A stretch of 64,000 bases of DNA from an uncultured Pelagibacteraceae bacterium (GTDB taxonomy: Bacteria; Pseudomonadota; Alphaproteobacteria; Pelagibacterales; AG-422-B15): assembly GCA_902624455.1 (NCBI GenBank), contig CACNXQ010000005.1, positions 1,340-65,339 on the forward strand, read 5' to 3'. Below the pieces are notes generated by a model. The model searched no databases, was not told the origin of the DNA, and saw nothing but the letters and a program-made list of their open reading frames with translations. Shown in pieces: positions 47,603 to 58,577 of the stretch (its first letter is position 1; each line of letters starts with the position of its first letter). The position numbers and the translations under genes are program-made.

Positions 47603-49807
47603 TTAAAATTTTAAATGTAAATTTTTAGGCTCTATCTTACCAGCTTGGGCTCTTTTACCAAACCATTTCTTTATTTCGCTCTCTTTGAGAATAGTTTTGC
47701 CTTTATCTAAAGTTACTAGACCCTCTCTTGAATTAAAACATAACGCAAATAAGGTTTTACCACTTTTATACTTCTGAAGGGTGACGCCTCTTCCTTTTTG
47801 CATGTTTGGTATTTCATCATTTTTGAAAACTAAAAGCTTTATGGATTTTTTTTCTCCACTAAACACGGCAATTGAGTCACCTTTTTTTTCAGAACAGCTC
47901 GTAGCTTTATCCCCTGGCTTTAAATTCATAACCTTTTTTCCAGTCTTAGTTGATGCGATCATTTCTTCAGACTTCACAAAAAACCCTTTTCCAGTCGAAC
48001 TAGTTAGTAAAAATTCAACTTCAGAATTATAATCGCATGCATATATTATTTCCTCATTATCTGCCTTATCTATGAGAATACTTATCGGATCACCAAAACC
48101 TCTTCCTGCAGATATTTTGTTGCAATTTATTGTATAAAACTTACCAAGAGATGAAAATATGAGAATTTTATTATTGTTTTTCGATTTAATAATAAACTTT
48201 TGGCTATCTCCATCTTTATACTTAACACCTGAATAATCATGCTGATGGCCTTTTATTGATTTTATCCATGCATTTTTTGATAAGATAACTGTTATTGGTT
48301 CTTTGCTTTCAAATTCATCTATTGAATAATCTAATTCCTTGTAACTATCATTAATAGCAGTCCTTCTTTCAGAAAAATTTTGAATTTTTTTAAATACATC
48401 TAAACTTTCATCAAACTCTTCTTTTAATATCTTCGATTGCTTCGATTTAGATTTTAAAATTGAATTTAATTCTTTTTTGTATTCAGTGAGCTCTTTGTGT
48501 TCTGACTTCATTTCTTTTTCTTCTAGTTTCTTCAATTGCCTTAATCTCATAGCAAGAATTGCTTCAGCTTGTCTTTTATTGACTCTAAATGTTTTAATTA
48601 ATTTTTTTTCAGGGTCATTTTCAGTTCTTATGATTTTAATGACGCGATTTAAATTTGAAAAAACAATCAAAAACCCTTTCAAAATTTCAATTCTTCTCTC
48701 AGTTTGTTGCAGGCGAAATTTTGTCCTTCTTTTTAATACATCGTATCTATGAGAAATAAATGAACTTAAACTCTCCTTTAAAGAAAATAATTTAGGTTCG
48801 AGCTTGCTGTTTATAGCATTGAAGTTTATTGCAAATCTGATTTCTAAATCAGAGTTTTTGCACAAATCTTCAAAAATCACTTCCGGTTTAAAAGTCCTAT
48901 TTTTTGGAATTAAAACAATTCTAATATCTTCAGCAGACTCATCCTGAATAGCTTCAAGATAATTTGCTTTTTTCGCATCAATCAAATCTGATATCTTTTC
49001 AATAATTCGCGACTTATTTACTTGATATGGTATTTCATAGACAATTATCTGGTATTGACCTCTTCCCAAGTCCTCTTTTCGCCATTTAGCTCTTAATCTG
49101 ATTGTGCCCTTGCCCTTTGCGTATGCATTTTTTATTTCCGATTTACTGTCAATAATTTCACCTCCTGTTGGAAAGTCAGGTCCAGGTATAACGTTTAATA
49201 GTTGAGTGTTGGAATATGACGGATTCTTAAGTAATTTTATTAATGCTTTAAAAATTTCTTCTATGTTGTGAGGTGGTATATTTGTTGCCATTCCAACTGC
49301 GATTCCAGAACTACCATTAGCTAGTAAATTTGGGTATGCAGATGGAAGTACAATCGGCTCTTGTTCAACTCCATCGTAAGTTTGAACAAAATCTATTGTT
49401 TCCTCAGAAATATCTTTCATCATTAATTCTGAGAGGGCTGTAAGTCTAGCTTCCGTGTATCTCATTGCGGCAGCGTTATCTCCATCTATGTTTCCAAAAT
49501 TTCCCTGTCCATCAACCAAGGGGTACCTTGTAGAGAAATTTTGAGCTAATCTGACTAAAGCTTCATAAACTGACTGATCACCATGAGGATGAAACTTACC
49601 TATCACGTCTCCAACTATTCTTGCTGATTTTTTAAAACCCGAATTTGAGCCTAACCTTAATTGGTGCATTGCATAGAGTAGTCTTCTATGAACTGGTTTT
49701 AAGCCATCTCTAATATCAGGTAATGCTCTATGAGTTATTGTTGAAAGTGCATATGCTAAATACTTCTCTTCTAAAGCATCACTAAAATTAATATTCTTAA
49801 TTTTCAT
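47603..49807 (-). CDS. parC: DNA topoisomerase IV subunit A
   Basis: 734 aa. [26 protein letters not shown] (catalytic Tyr). The short C-terminal domain without an obvious GyrA box favours ParC over GyrA. Confidence 0.88.
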   Translation of the reverse strand: MKIKNINFSDALEEKYLAYALSTITHRALPDIRDGLKPVHRRLLYAMHQLRLGSNSGFKKSARIVGDVIGKFHPHGDQSVYEALVRLAQNFSTRYPLVDGQGNFGNIDGDNAAAMRYTEARLTALSELMMKDISEETIDFVQTYDGVEQEPIVLPSAYPNLLANGSSGIAVGMATNIPPHNIEEIFKALIKLLKNPSYSNTQLLNVIPGPDFPTGGEIIDSKSEIKNAYAKGKGTIRLRAKWRKEDLGRGQYQIIVYEIPYQVNKSRIIEKISDLIDAKKANYLEAIQDESAEDIRIVLIPKNRTFKPEVIFEDLCKNSDLEIRFAINFNAINSKLEPKLFSLKESLSSFISHRYDVLKRRTKFRLQQTERRIEILKGFLIVFSNLNRVIKIIRTENDPEKKLIKTFRVNKRQAEAILAMRLRQLKKLEEKEMKSEHKELTEYKKELNSILKSKSKQSKILKEEFDESLDVFKKIQNFSERRTAINDSYKELDYSIDEFESKEPITVILSKNAWIKSIKGHQHDYSGVKYKDGDSQKFIIKSKNNNKILIFSSLGKFYTINCNKISAGRGFGDPISILIDKADNEEIIYACDYNSEVEFLLTSSTGKGFFVKSEEMIASTKTGKKVMNLKPGDKATSCSEKKGDSIAVFSGEKKSIKLLVFKNDEIPNMQKGRGVTLQKYKSGKTLFALCFNSREGLVTLDKGKTILKESEIKKWFGKRAQAGKIEPKNLHLKF

Positions 49808-50534
49808 AATTTATTTTATTTAATGCCTCTTTTAAACGATTCCTACTTTGTGGGAAATTAAGATTGTTTGGCTCATAAAATCTTTTTTTTAAAAAGTATT
49901 CGGTTATGTTTATGGCATTGATTATGTCTTTATGTTGTGATTGATGCTCAATATCTAAGAAAAATTCAGGTAATTCAAACAGTTTATCTTTATAATTTCC
50001 CGCACCTACTTTTGTTACAGCTCTTCCGCTTGAAGGAGATATATATTTCAAATCATCTTTATTATTAGTTACGGCACATTCACTTAAATCTAATCCATAC
50101 CCTATTTCAGATAAAAGATTTAATTCCCAAAAAATATAATTTTTAATCCAAGACTGTTTTTCATCTACTATTTTTTTGATTAACTCGATAGAACTATTGT
50201 AGATAGAAATATTTTGTTGTTTTTCTGCCATTGTTGCAGAAATGATAGAACATAGAGAAGACATAGCCATTAGTTTCTCTTTGTTTTCAAGAACAAGAGA
50301 TGACCAAGACCTAATAGGCTCAACTGAAAAATTCCCTAAATGCGTTTCTAATCGACCAGACCAATGAAGTACGACTTCGTTTCCAGGTTCAACTACTCCT
50401 CTTAAATTCTTAGAATGAATACCTCTAATTAGACCTTTATGTCTTCCATTCTCGTAAGTAAAAGCTTCCAAAATATAAGAACGATCATTGTAACGCTTCA
50501 AATCTAGAATGAATGATTTACTTGTCCATCTCAT
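49797..50534 (-). CDS. recO: DNA repair protein RecO
   Basis: 245 aa. RecO-like OB fold at the N-terminus and conserved era-recO order. Overlaps era by 4 nt and parC by 11 nt. Confidence 0.82.
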   Translation of the reverse strand: MRWTSKSFILDLKRYNDRSYILEAFTYENGRHKGLIRGIHSKNLRGVVEPGNEVVLHWSGRLETHLGNFSVEPIRSWSSLVLENKEKLMAMSSLCSIISATMAEKQQNISIYNSSIELIKKIVDEKQSWIKNYIFWELNLLSEIGYGLDLSECAVTNNKDDLKYISPSSGRAVTKVGAGNYKDKLFELPEFFLDIEHQSQHKDIINAINITEYFLKKRFYEPNNLNFPQSRNRLKEALNKINYEN

Positions 50535-51376
50535 GCTTTTTTTTCTTTCACTAACCTGACAAAAAGAAATAGATGAATTTTCTTATTTTCAAATTTTGAA
50601 ATTTCTTTACGTGACTCTGTGCCAATATCTTTTAATAAAGCACCATTTTTTCCAATTATTATATTTTTATGAGATTTCTTTCTTACAATAATTGTTTGAT
50701 AAATCTTTACTGTTTTTAGTTGGTTAACAATTTTATCTGTAATGATATCACAGTAATATGGTATTTCTTTATGAACTTTATCAAAGATTTTTTCTCGAGT
50801 GACTTCCGCATAAAAAATTTCTTTCTTGATTTGAACTGTTTTTTTTGAAGAAGTATTTTTTTTATTTTTTAAATAAATCTTTGACTTCTGTAAAAGCAAT
50901 TCTGTACCGTATCCAGTAAGAGCTGAAATAGGAAAAATTTGATTAATAACCTTATTATTTTCAAAAAATTTAATTTTGTTTAATATTTCTTCATTTTTTA
51001 TTTTATCAGTTTTATTGAGTATTAAAAAAACCTTTTGATCTCTAAGTTGCTTCTCAAGAGATAAAAATATTTTTTTATACATTGATGTTATTTTTCTAGA
51101 GGCATCGATGACTACATAAATTAATACTGCATTATCTATATCTGCGAGTGGTGCAGAACTTAATTTTTGACTTATCTTTTTTGGACTATAAAAAAAACCA
51201 GGAGTATCTTGCAATATATATTGGTATTCAGATATGTGTTTGTATAATTTCTGATTAAATGTTGTCGATTGTTTTTTTCTTGAAACAAGAGTTACTCTTT
51301 TACCTATTATTGTATTTATGAGAGTTGATTTTCCTGAGTTTGTTGGACCAATTAAAATTATATTACCACTTTTCAT
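50531..51376 (-). CDS. era: GTPase Era
   Basis: 281 aa. G1 GPTNSGKST, G3 DTPG, G4 NKTD, C-terminal KH domain (IIIGKNGALLK). Confidence 0.9.
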   Translation of the reverse strand: MKSGNIILIGPTNSGKSTLINTIIGKRVTLVSRKKQSTTFNQKLYKHISEYQYILQDTPGFFYSPKKISQKLSSAPLADIDNAVLIYVVIDASRKITSMYKKIFLSLEKQLRDQKVFLILNKTDKIKNEEILNKIKFFENNKVINQIFPISALTGYGTELLLQKSKIYLKNKKNTSSKKTVQIKKEIFYAEVTREKIFDKVHKEIPYYCDIITDKIVNQLKTVKIYQTIIVRKKSHKNIIIGKNGALLKDIGTESRKEISKFENKKIHLFLFVRLVKEKKA

Positions 51377-51379
51377 ATA

Positions 51380-52054
51380 TTAGTATTTTATTTTATTTTT
51401 TTCGATGAACTTTGTTGCTGCATTCATCTCGGCCTCTTTGATTGAAGCGCCCTTTGCGATGACCGATAGAAATTTTTTATATTTAATTTCTACTTTAAAA
51501 ACTGGATTGTGGTCAGGTCCTTCTTTTGAAATAACTTTATATTGTGGTAATTCCTTCGCTGATTTTAATGTCCATTCTTGTAGAAAAGACTTTGAGTCAA
51601 TTGGGTTTTCATCTAATAATGTAAATTGTTGATGCCACAACTTAAGAATTATTTCCTTTGTCTTTGAGAAGCCAGCATCTAAATATATTGCTCCCAAAAT
51701 TGCTTCACAAGTATCAGCTAATATACTTGTCTTTTTGTTGCCTTCTGAGGCTTTCTCTGTAGAGCCTAGTAAAATATAATCTCCTAACGAGATTTCTTTT
51801 GCAATTTCAGCACAGGTTACTTTATTCACAAGTTTACTGAATTTTTTATCTAAAAGTCCCTCGTTACTATTTTTATTATCGCTAAAGAGCTTTTCAGCAA
51901 TAATTAGACCAAGAATTCTATCACCTAAAAATTCCAACTGTTCATTGTTATTTGTTTTATCATAACTTTTATGAGTTAAAGCTCTGGTAAGAAATTTGTC
52001 CTCAGTAAACTGATAAGAAATAGCATCTTGTAGTTTTTGTTTATTATTAATCAT
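51380..52054 (-). CDS. rnc: Ribonuclease III
   Basis: 224 aa. Signature NEQLEFLGDRIL, catalytic ADTCEAILGAIYLD, C-terminal dsRBD. Confidence 0.93.
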   Translation of the reverse strand: MINNKQKLQDAISYQFTEDKFLTRALTHKSYDKTNNNEQLEFLGDRILGLIIAEKLFSDNKNSNEGLLDKKFSKLVNKVTCAEIAKEISLGDYILLGSTEKASEGNKKTSILADTCEAILGAIYLDAGFSKTKEIILKLWHQQFTLLDENPIDSKSFLQEWTLKSAKELPQYKVISKEGPDHNPVFKVEIKYKKFLSVIAKGASIKEAEMNAATKFIEKNKIKY

Positions 52055-52058
52055 TTGA

Positions 52059-52796
52059 TTAATTTATAAACCTAAACAAACGATTAATTTGTATATCAAA
52101 TGGCCATTTCCAAAATTCTAAAATTGTTGAACCATCCTTTGTCGAAAAAAATATTATTTGTGCTTTGCCAACAATCCTCTCAAAAGGAACAGGTCCCCAA
52201 AATCTACTATCGTTTGAATTATCTCTATTATCACCAATGAAAAAATAGTGATTTTCAGGAACTAAGAATTCTTTTGTATTATCTGCGGGTGAATTGTTTA
52301 AATAATTATATGTTTCAAATGAAAGTCCATTTTTGAATGTTTCTTTTATAACTTCTATATTTATAACTCGACCGTTTTTTAATATCTTAGTATCTTCCCT
52401 TAAAACTGAATTCTCAACCTTTTCTCTATTAATATATAAATTACCATCTTTCATTTGAACTCTATCTCCAGGCATTCCAACTAATCGTTTAATGTAATCT
52501 AGGTTAGAATGAGGAGGTTTGAATATAATAACATCACCTCTCTCAGGTTCATTTGAAAATATACGATTTGAAATAGGTCCTAAGCTGAAAGGAAATGAAT
52601 GTTTGCTGTAACCATAATCAAATTTTGAAGCAAAAAGTCTATCTCCAATTTGAAGACCCGGCTCCATTGATGAAGATGGAATAAAAAAAGGTTGGAATAA
52701 AAATGTTCTTATTAATAGAGCAATTAATAAGGCATAGAAAATAGTTATTAAATTAGACTTTAACCAGTTTACTTTACTTTTATCCATATTAACCAT
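52059..52796 (-). CDS. lepB: Signal peptidase I
   Basis: Catalytic Ser IPSSSMEPGL and Lys YIKRLVGMPGD, GDNRDNSNDSR box. The start is ambiguous (ATGs at 52832, 52820, 52796, 52787). I favour one of the last two because acpS ends at 52789. Confidence 0.86.
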   Translation of the reverse strand: MVNMDKSKVNWLKSNLITIFYALLIALLIRTFLFQPFFIPSSSMEPGLQIGDRLFASKFDYGYSKHSFPFSLGPISNRIFSNEPERGDVIIFKPPHSNLDYIKRLVGMPGDRVQMKDGNLYINREKVENSVLREDTKILKNGRVINIEVIKETFKNGLSFETYNYLNNSPADNTKEFLVPENHYFFIGDNRDNSNDSRFWGPVPFERIVGKAQIIFFSTKDGSTILEFWKWPFDIQINRLFRFIN

Positions 52797-53172
52797 CAAT
52801 AATGACAATTGCCTGCGCATATGGATATTCATCTGTTATGGTCAATTTAATATTTGATTCAGAACCTGATATCAGTCTGTTAAGGTGCTGCCTAGATTTT
52901 CCATGAAAGATCACTGTTGGCTCACCTGAAGGAAAATTATTTACCTCTAGATCCTTCCAGAAAACGCCTTTTCTAAATCCAGTACCTAAAGCCTTTGCTG
53001 CTGCCTCTTTAGCAGCAAATCTTTTTGCATAACATGCAGCAGATTCTTTTCTTCGTTCACATTTTTCAATTTCTTTTTGAGTAAAAATTCTATTTTTAAA
53101 TTTATTTCCAAAACGCTTTAGTGTTTTTTCTATTCGTCTTATATCAATTAAATCAGATCCGATACTTATCAT
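52789..53172 (-). CDS. acpS: Holo-[acyl-carrier-protein] synthase
   Basis: 127 aa. IGSDLIDIRRI, FAAKEAAAKALG. Confidence 0.88.
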   Translation of the reverse strand: MISIGSDLIDIRRIEKTLKRFGNKFKNRIFTQKEIEKCERRKESAACYAKRFAAKEAAAKALGTGFRKGVFWKDLEVNNFPSGEPTVIFHGKSRQHLNRLISGSESNIKLTITDEYPYAQAIVIIDG

Positions 53173-53174
53173 TA

Positions 53175-53912
53175 TTACGCTCTATTTTGCCTTATTAATT
53201 CTTTAAAATGTCTAATAACATTTTCTAAACCTTTATATACAGACTCTGAAATAATAAAATGCCCAATATTAAATTCTTTTATTTCTTTTATTCTTGATAG
53301 CTCTACGATTGAATCAAAAGTAATTCCGTGACCAGAATGAACTTCTAAATTATTTTGATCAGCAAATTGACTTGCATTTGTAATAAGACTTAACTCTTCA
53401 TGAGTATTTTTATTATAATTTAACTTCCTACAATATTCACCTGAATGAATCTCAACAATGTCTGCATTAATTAATTTTGCTTCTTTTATCTGTTTTTCAG
53501 ATGGATCGATAAACAATGATGTTCTAATGCCCTTATCTTTAAGTGTATGAATATATTTACCTAGTCGTTTTGAATTTTTAATTACGTCTATCCCACCCTC
53601 AGTAGTAACTTCTTCTCTTTTTTCAGGAACTATACAGCAGGCATTTGGCATTACGTCACAAGCGATTTCAACCATTTCATCGGTAGCTGCCATTTCAAAA
53701 TTAAGAGGTACATTTAAAGCGGATTTTAAATCAAATATATCTTGATCAATTATGTGTCTTCTATCTTCACGTAAGTGTGCGGTAATACCATCTGCTCCAA
53801 ATTTTTCACAATCTTTAGCGGCTCTTAATGGAGAAGGATAATTTTCACCCCTTGCATTTCTAAGTGTGGCAACATGATCAATATTTACTCCCAACCTAGG
53901 CAGAATTTCCAT
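53175..53912 (-). CDS. pdxJ: Pyridoxine 5'-phosphate synthase
   Basis: 245 aa. LGVNIDHVATLRNARG, TAHLREDRRHI, EVHSGHG. Confidence 0.94.
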   Translation of the reverse strand: MEILPRLGVNIDHVATLRNARGENYPSPLRAAKDCEKFGADGITAHLREDRRHIIDQDIFDLKSALNVPLNFEMAATDEMVEIACDVMPNACCIVPEKREEVTTEGGIDVIKNSKRLGKYIHTLKDKGIRTSLFIDPSEKQIKEAKLINADIVEIHSGEYCRKLNYNKNTHEELSLITNASQFADQNNLEVHSGHGITFDSIVELSRIKEIKEFNIGHFIISESVYKGLENVIRHFKELIRQNRA

Positions 53913-54496
53913 TACCGTACTATCCTACTACCTGGCTTAATTGGTTTAATTTTCTCTAAATCATCTGGCAAATTATCAGAGTCATATACAGGAATATCTA
54001 TTTTTAACAGTGAGATAATTTCAAAATTATCAAAAAGAACTTCGTTTGATCGATCTACTATGGTTGCAATGCCTAATAAATTAATATTCAATTGATTAAG
54101 CTTTTCTAAGCATTCATTTGTTGATTTTCCAGTAGTTATTACATCTTCAACAAATAGAACATTAGCTTGTTCTTTTATTGAAAAACCTCTTCTTAGTTCA
54201 AATTGCTCACCTGATCTTTCATAAAACATAAAATCACATCCAATGCTTCTTGCAAGTTCATAACCAACTAGTAATCCACCTAAAGCAGGTGAAATTATCA
54301 AATCAATTTTACTAGTTATCTGTTTATCAACTCGAGACTTTAACTCATCACAAACTTTAGATCCTACCCGCGGATCAATAAATAGTTTTGAACATTGACA
54401 ATAAGTTCCAGACCTTTTTCCTGATGAAAGAATAAAATGTCCATGCTGAATTGCTCCTGTTGTTTCAAATAGATTTAATATCTCTTGATCGTTCAT
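53912..54496 (-). CDS. pyrE: Orotate phosphoribosyltransferase
   Basis: 194 aa. PRPP-binding loop VLFVEDVITTGKS. Its stop shares 1 nt with the pdxJ start. Confidence 0.88.
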   Translation of the reverse strand: MNDQEILNLFETTGAIQHGHFILSSGKRSGTYCQCSKLFIDPRVGSKVCDELKSRVDKQITSKIDLIISPALGGLLVGYELARSIGCDFMFYERSGEQFELRRGFSIKEQANVLFVEDVITTGKSTNECLEKLNQLNINLLGIATIVDRSNEVLFDNFEIISLLKIDIPVYDSDNLPDDLEKIKPIKPGSRIVR

Positions 54497-56619
54497 AAAT
54501 TAATAAAAAGTCTGTTTACAGAGCTAACATTTGATACTTGCTTTAAAGAGTCAATAATTTCATTAAGATGATCAAGATTGTGAACATCTATTACAAAGAT
54601 CATGTCAAAAAAATCTTTACCCTTTTCAGAAATATTTAGATTAGTGATGTTTCCCTCAAGGTTACCAACAATTGTTGCTAGTTTACCAAGTGAACCAGGC
54701 TCATTAGAAACAGACACTTTAATCCTTGATGAAAAATATTGGTCCTTGGTGACATTTTTCCAAGTTGCTGATATCCAATCATTTTTTTTATTTTCATTTG
54801 TAAGTGTGGAACAATCTGATGAATGAATAAATAGACCTGAGTCAATAGTAGTCAGGCCAATTATGTCCTCCTGAGGCAACGGCATACAACAATCTGCGAA
54901 GTGAACTGCTATACCTGGATTAAAATTATTTATCTCTAACGGCAAAGTATCTAATGTTTCTGATTTTCTATATCTTGAAAAGAAAGATAGTCGAGATTTA
55001 GGTTTTAACTTTTGAAGTTGATGAGGCTTAATGTGCCCTTTTCCTATTGCAATTAAAAATTCATCAGATGTCTTTCTATTAAATTTAGAAGCATAATCTT
55101 TGAGGTCGTTATTTTCTAACTTATCACCATTAAGTATCTTCTCTAAAATCTTGAAACCCAAGCTTGCAAACTCATTTTTTTCTTCTTTCTTGAAATATCT
55201 TCTTATCGAAGATTGCGCTTTTGCAGTTGTCACAATATTTTCCCATGTTTCTGATGGTGATGGTTTTTTCGAAGTCATCACCTCAACTTCGTCACCATTT
55301 TGTAACTTTGTATATAGTGGGCGCGGTTTACCATTTATTTTACATCCTATACATCTATTTCCTATCTCTGAATGTAGAGCGTAAGCAAAATCGATTGAAT
55401 TTGAACCGGATGGTAAATGAATAAGATCACCCTTTGGAGTAAAACAAAAAACTTGATCTTGAAACATCTCAAGTTTAGTTGCTTCTAACAGTTCCTCCGA
55501 TGAGCCTCCACTATCCAAAATTTCTACTAAATCTCTTAACCATGTGACATTTACTGGATCTGAAGAGGAGTTATTAACTAAATTATAGTTTTCTTTATAT
55601 TTCCAATGTGCAGCAATGCCTTTGTCAGCAATCGCATTCATTTGATTTGTACGTATTTGCAGTTCAACTCTTTGCCTTTCTGGCCCTACAATTGTGGTGT
55701 GTATAGACTGGTAATTATTAATTTTTGGCGTTGAGATATAATCTTTGAAAAATCCTGGAACAGCAGACCATCTATTATGAATTAAACCTAAAATTCTGTA
55801 GCAATCATCAATATCTTTACTGAGTATCCTATATGCAAAAATATCTGATAACTGTCTAAATGCAATTTGCTTATCCTGCATTTTTTTCCAAACAGAATAT
55901 ATTTTTTTTTCTCTACCAATTATTTCACATTGAATACTGTTTTCAGATAAAAGTTTCATTAGTCTTAGTCTAATTTTTTCGGTTAAATTAGATTTATCTT
56001 TTTTTAAATATTCAATTCTTGTTAACAGTGAACTGTAAGCAGACGGGTTTAGAATTTGAAAAGCTAAATCTTCTAGTTCGTCTTTAAAATCGTGCATACC
56101 TAATCTTCCAGCGAGAGGAGCATAAATTTCTAACGTTTCTGATGCTATTTTCTTTCTTCTATTTTCTTGGGGAATAAATTGTATTGTTCTCATATTGTGT
56201 AATCGATCAGCTAGTTTAACCAACAACACTCGTATATCTTTCGACATGGCTAGTATCAGCTTACGAAAATTTTCAGCTTGAAATTTATTTTCTGTGTAGG
56301 TTTCTATTTTTGATAACTTGGTAACACCATTTACTAACTTAGCTACATCTTCGCCAAATTTGTCTGAAATATCTTTAGATGATACAAGAGTATCTTCTAC
56401 AGTATCGTGTAAAAGACCCGTAATAACGGTTGATGTATCTAATTTTAAATTAAGCAAAATATCGGCAACTGCTACAGGATGTGAGATATAAGGTTCTCCT
56501 GAATATCTCTTTTGTGTTTTATGGGCTTCTTGCGCAAAATAGTAGGCTTCTTCTATAAGACCTTTGTTGAGACCATTTTCGGAAACACTAGCTTTTTGAA
56601 GCAACTCATTTTTTGCCAT
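54493..56619 (-). CDS. spoT: Bifunctional (p)ppGpp synthetase/hydrolase (RelA/SpoT homologue)
   Basis: 708 aa. HD hydrolase domain (HPVAVA...LLHDTVEDT), synthetase domain (YQSIHTTI), TGS and C-terminal ACT domains. Confidence 0.93.
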   Translation of the reverse strand: MAKNELLQKASVSENGLNKGLIEEAYYFAQEAHKTQKRYSGEPYISHPVAVADILLNLKLDTSTVITGLLHDTVEDTLVSSKDISDKFGEDVAKLVNGVTKLSKIETYTENKFQAENFRKLILAMSKDIRVLLVKLADRLHNMRTIQFIPQENRRKKIASETLEIYAPLAGRLGMHDFKDELEDLAFQILNPSAYSSLLTRIEYLKKDKSNLTEKIRLRLMKLLSENSIQCEIIGREKKIYSVWKKMQDKQIAFRQLSDIFAYRILSKDIDDCYRILGLIHNRWSAVPGFFKDYISTPKINNYQSIHTTIVGPERQRVELQIRTNQMNAIADKGIAAHWKYKENYNLVNNSSSDPVNVTWLRDLVEILDSGGSSEELLEATKLEMFQDQVFCFTPKGDLIHLPSGSNSIDFAYALHSEIGNRCIGCKINGKPRPLYTKLQNGDEVEVMTSKKPSPSETWENIVTTAKAQSSIRRYFKKEEKNEFASLGFKILEKILNGDKLENNDLKDYASKFNRKTSDEFLIAIGKGHIKPHQLQKLKPKSRLSFFSRYRKSETLDTLPLEINNFNPGIAVHFADCCMPLPQEDIIGLTTIDSGLFIHSSDCSTLTNENKKNDWISATWKNVTKDQYFSSRIKVSVSNEPGSLGKLATIVGNLEGNITNLNISEKGKDFFDMIFVIDVHNLDHLNEIIDSLKQVSNVSSVNRLFINL

Positions 56620-56670
56620 AATAGTCTATTAATCATACATTATAATTGAAGTGAAGCAGAAAATATCAGG

Positions 56671-57189
56671 CTATAAGGTCTCTCTTAATCTATATATGTT
56701 ATCCTTAATTTTGCTCGATCTTAGTAAACTAAGAATATTTTGTTTGTAATCAAAATGTTCCCAATTGGGACAAATATCAATCAAAGGCATTAAAACAAAT
56801 TTTCGATCGCAAATTTTTGGGTGTGGAATTATTAAGTTATATTTATGACTCTCAATGATATGTTTTCCGTGAGGCTTTGAAAGAAGTATATCTAAATCAC
56901 ATGTTCTTGAAGAATTTTTTTTATAAATATATCGCCCTGTACTTTTCTCGATTTTTTTTAGTGAATATATAAGCTTTTCTGGACTTTGTTCACTAGAAAC
57001 CATAAGAGCAGCATTAACAAATGTATCTCCAGCTTTCTTAAAATATTTTGGAGGGGAACAATAAATATATGATTTTTTTAAGATCCGTATATTACATTTT
57101 TCTAGCTCTCTGATTACATATTTCAGCGTTTGAATTTTTGAACCATATTTTGACTTTAAATTTGAGCCAATACCCAAGACATAAATCAT
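56671..57189 (-). CDS. folK: 2-amino-4-hydroxy-6-hydroxymethyldihydropteridine pyrophosphokinase
   Basis: 172 aa. LGIGSNL start, TCDLDILL, IPHPKICDRKFVLMPL. Confidence 0.85.
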   Translation of the reverse strand: MIYVLGIGSNLKSKYGSKIQTLKYVIRELEKCNIRILKKSYIYCSPPKYFKKAGDTFVNAALMVSSEQSPEKLIYSLKKIEKSTGRYIYKKNSSRTCDLDILLSKPHGKHIIESHKYNLIIPHPKICDRKFVLMPLIDICPNWEHFDYKQNILSLLRSSKIKDNIYRLRETL

Positions 57190-57623
57190 TTTACTTTTTT
57201 CCTCTCACGAACCCATTCTCTTTTCTTTTTGGTTTCACGTTTGTCATAAAATTTCTTACCTTTTGCAAGTGCTAGCTCCAACTTTGCAATGCCCTTTTTA
57301 TTAAAATAAATCTTTAAAGGGACTAGTGTGAGTGACTCTTTTTTTAATCTTCCAATTATTTTGATAATTTCCTTTTTTTTTAATAACAGTTTCCTTGGCC
57401 GAACTTCTTCATGATTCAAATATGATGAGTTAGAATATTTTGCAAAGTGTGAATTGACTAAAAATATTTCATTTTTTTCTTCTCTCGCGTAAGACTCAGA
57501 TATATCGACTCTCCCATTTCTGAGAGACTTTATTTCACTTCCTTTTAATTGCATGCCAGCCTCGTACAATTCTAGAAATGAATAGTTGTATCGCGCTTTT
57601 CTATTTTGAACAGCTAATTTCAA
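57186..57623 (-). CDS. smpB: SsrA-binding protein SmpB
   Basis: 145 aa. NRKARYNY, GSEIKSLR, basic C-terminal tail. Confidence 0.93.
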   Translation of the reverse strand: MKLAVQNRKARYNYSFLELYEAGMQLKGSEIKSLRNGRVDISESYAREEKNEIFLVNSHFAKYSNSSYLNHEEVRPRKLLLKKKEIIKIIGRLKKESLTLVPLKIYFNKKGIAKLELALAKGKKFYDKRETKKKREWVRERKKVK

Positions 57624-57625
57624 GG

Positions 57626-58498
57626 TTATAATAAAGAAGCATGCTTTAATGCTTTATCTACAATTGCTTTTGTTTCTTCTGATATATTAATTAGAGGCAA
57701 TCTTACTTCATCTTCACACAAGTTGAGTTTACTAGCTGCATATTTTACTGGACCTGGACTAGACTCGATGAATAAAGCGCTATGTAAAGGCATCAGGATG
57801 TCATTAATTCTTGATGCTTCTTCATAATTATTTTGCATACAGTTATTCATAAAACTAGAGCATAGTTTTGGCGCTATATTTGAAGTGACTGAGATAGCTC
57901 CATGTCCTCCATAAAGCATAAACGCAAGCGTTGTGGCATCATCTCCAGTGAGTAAATTAAAATTAGAACCTATTTTTGTTTTAGCATCGTAAACTCTTGG
58001 AATGTTTGAAGTTGCATCTTTAACGCCTACTATATTTTCTAATTTAAAGAGCTTTAACATAGTTTCATTGGTCATATCTATTACTGATCGACCTGGAATA
58101 TTGTAAATAATAATTGGAATTTTTGATGCTTTTGAAATTGCTTCATAATGAGCATACATGCCGTCTTGAGTTGGCTTGTTATAATATGGAGTTACTACTA
58201 AAGCTGCATCTGCTCCTGCTTCCTGAGCATGAATTGTTAAATCTATAGCTTCCTCAGTATTATTAGAACCAGTGCCAGCTATAACTGGCACTCTCTTAGA
58301 TACTTGATCGATACAAATCTCTACAGCATTTTTGTGTTCATCATGACTTAAAGTGGGTGACTCTCCTGTGGTTCCAACTGGAACGACTCCGTGAATACCT
58401 TCCTTAATCTGAAAATCTATAAATGACCGAAAAGACTGTTCATCTATTTGATTATCTTTAAAAGGTGTTATTAATGCTGTGAAAACTCCATTAAACAT
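57626..58498 (-). CDS. dapA: 4-hydroxy-tetrahydrodipicolinate synthase
   Basis: 290 aa. VGTTGESPTLS, YNIPGRS, IVGVKDAT (Schiff-base Lys). Confidence 0.95.
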   Translation of the reverse strand: MFNGVFTALITPFKDNQIDEQSFRSFIDFQIKEGIHGVVPVGTTGESPTLSHDEHKNAVEICIDQVSKRVPVIAGTGSNNTEEAIDLTIHAQEAGADAALVVTPYYNKPTQDGMYAHYEAISKASKIPIIIYNIPGRSVIDMTNETMLKLFKLENIVGVKDATSNIPRVYDAKTKIGSNFNLLTGDDATTLAFMLYGGHGAISVTSNIAPKLCSSFMNNCMQNNYEEASRINDILMPLHSALFIESSPGPVKYAASKLNLCEDEVRLPLINISEETKAIVDKALKHASLL

Positions 58499-58577
58499 AG
58501 TTTATTTTATCACTAATAATCGTTTAAAAAACTAAAAATCATAAATATACTCACAAAAATCATTATTTATCATTTCG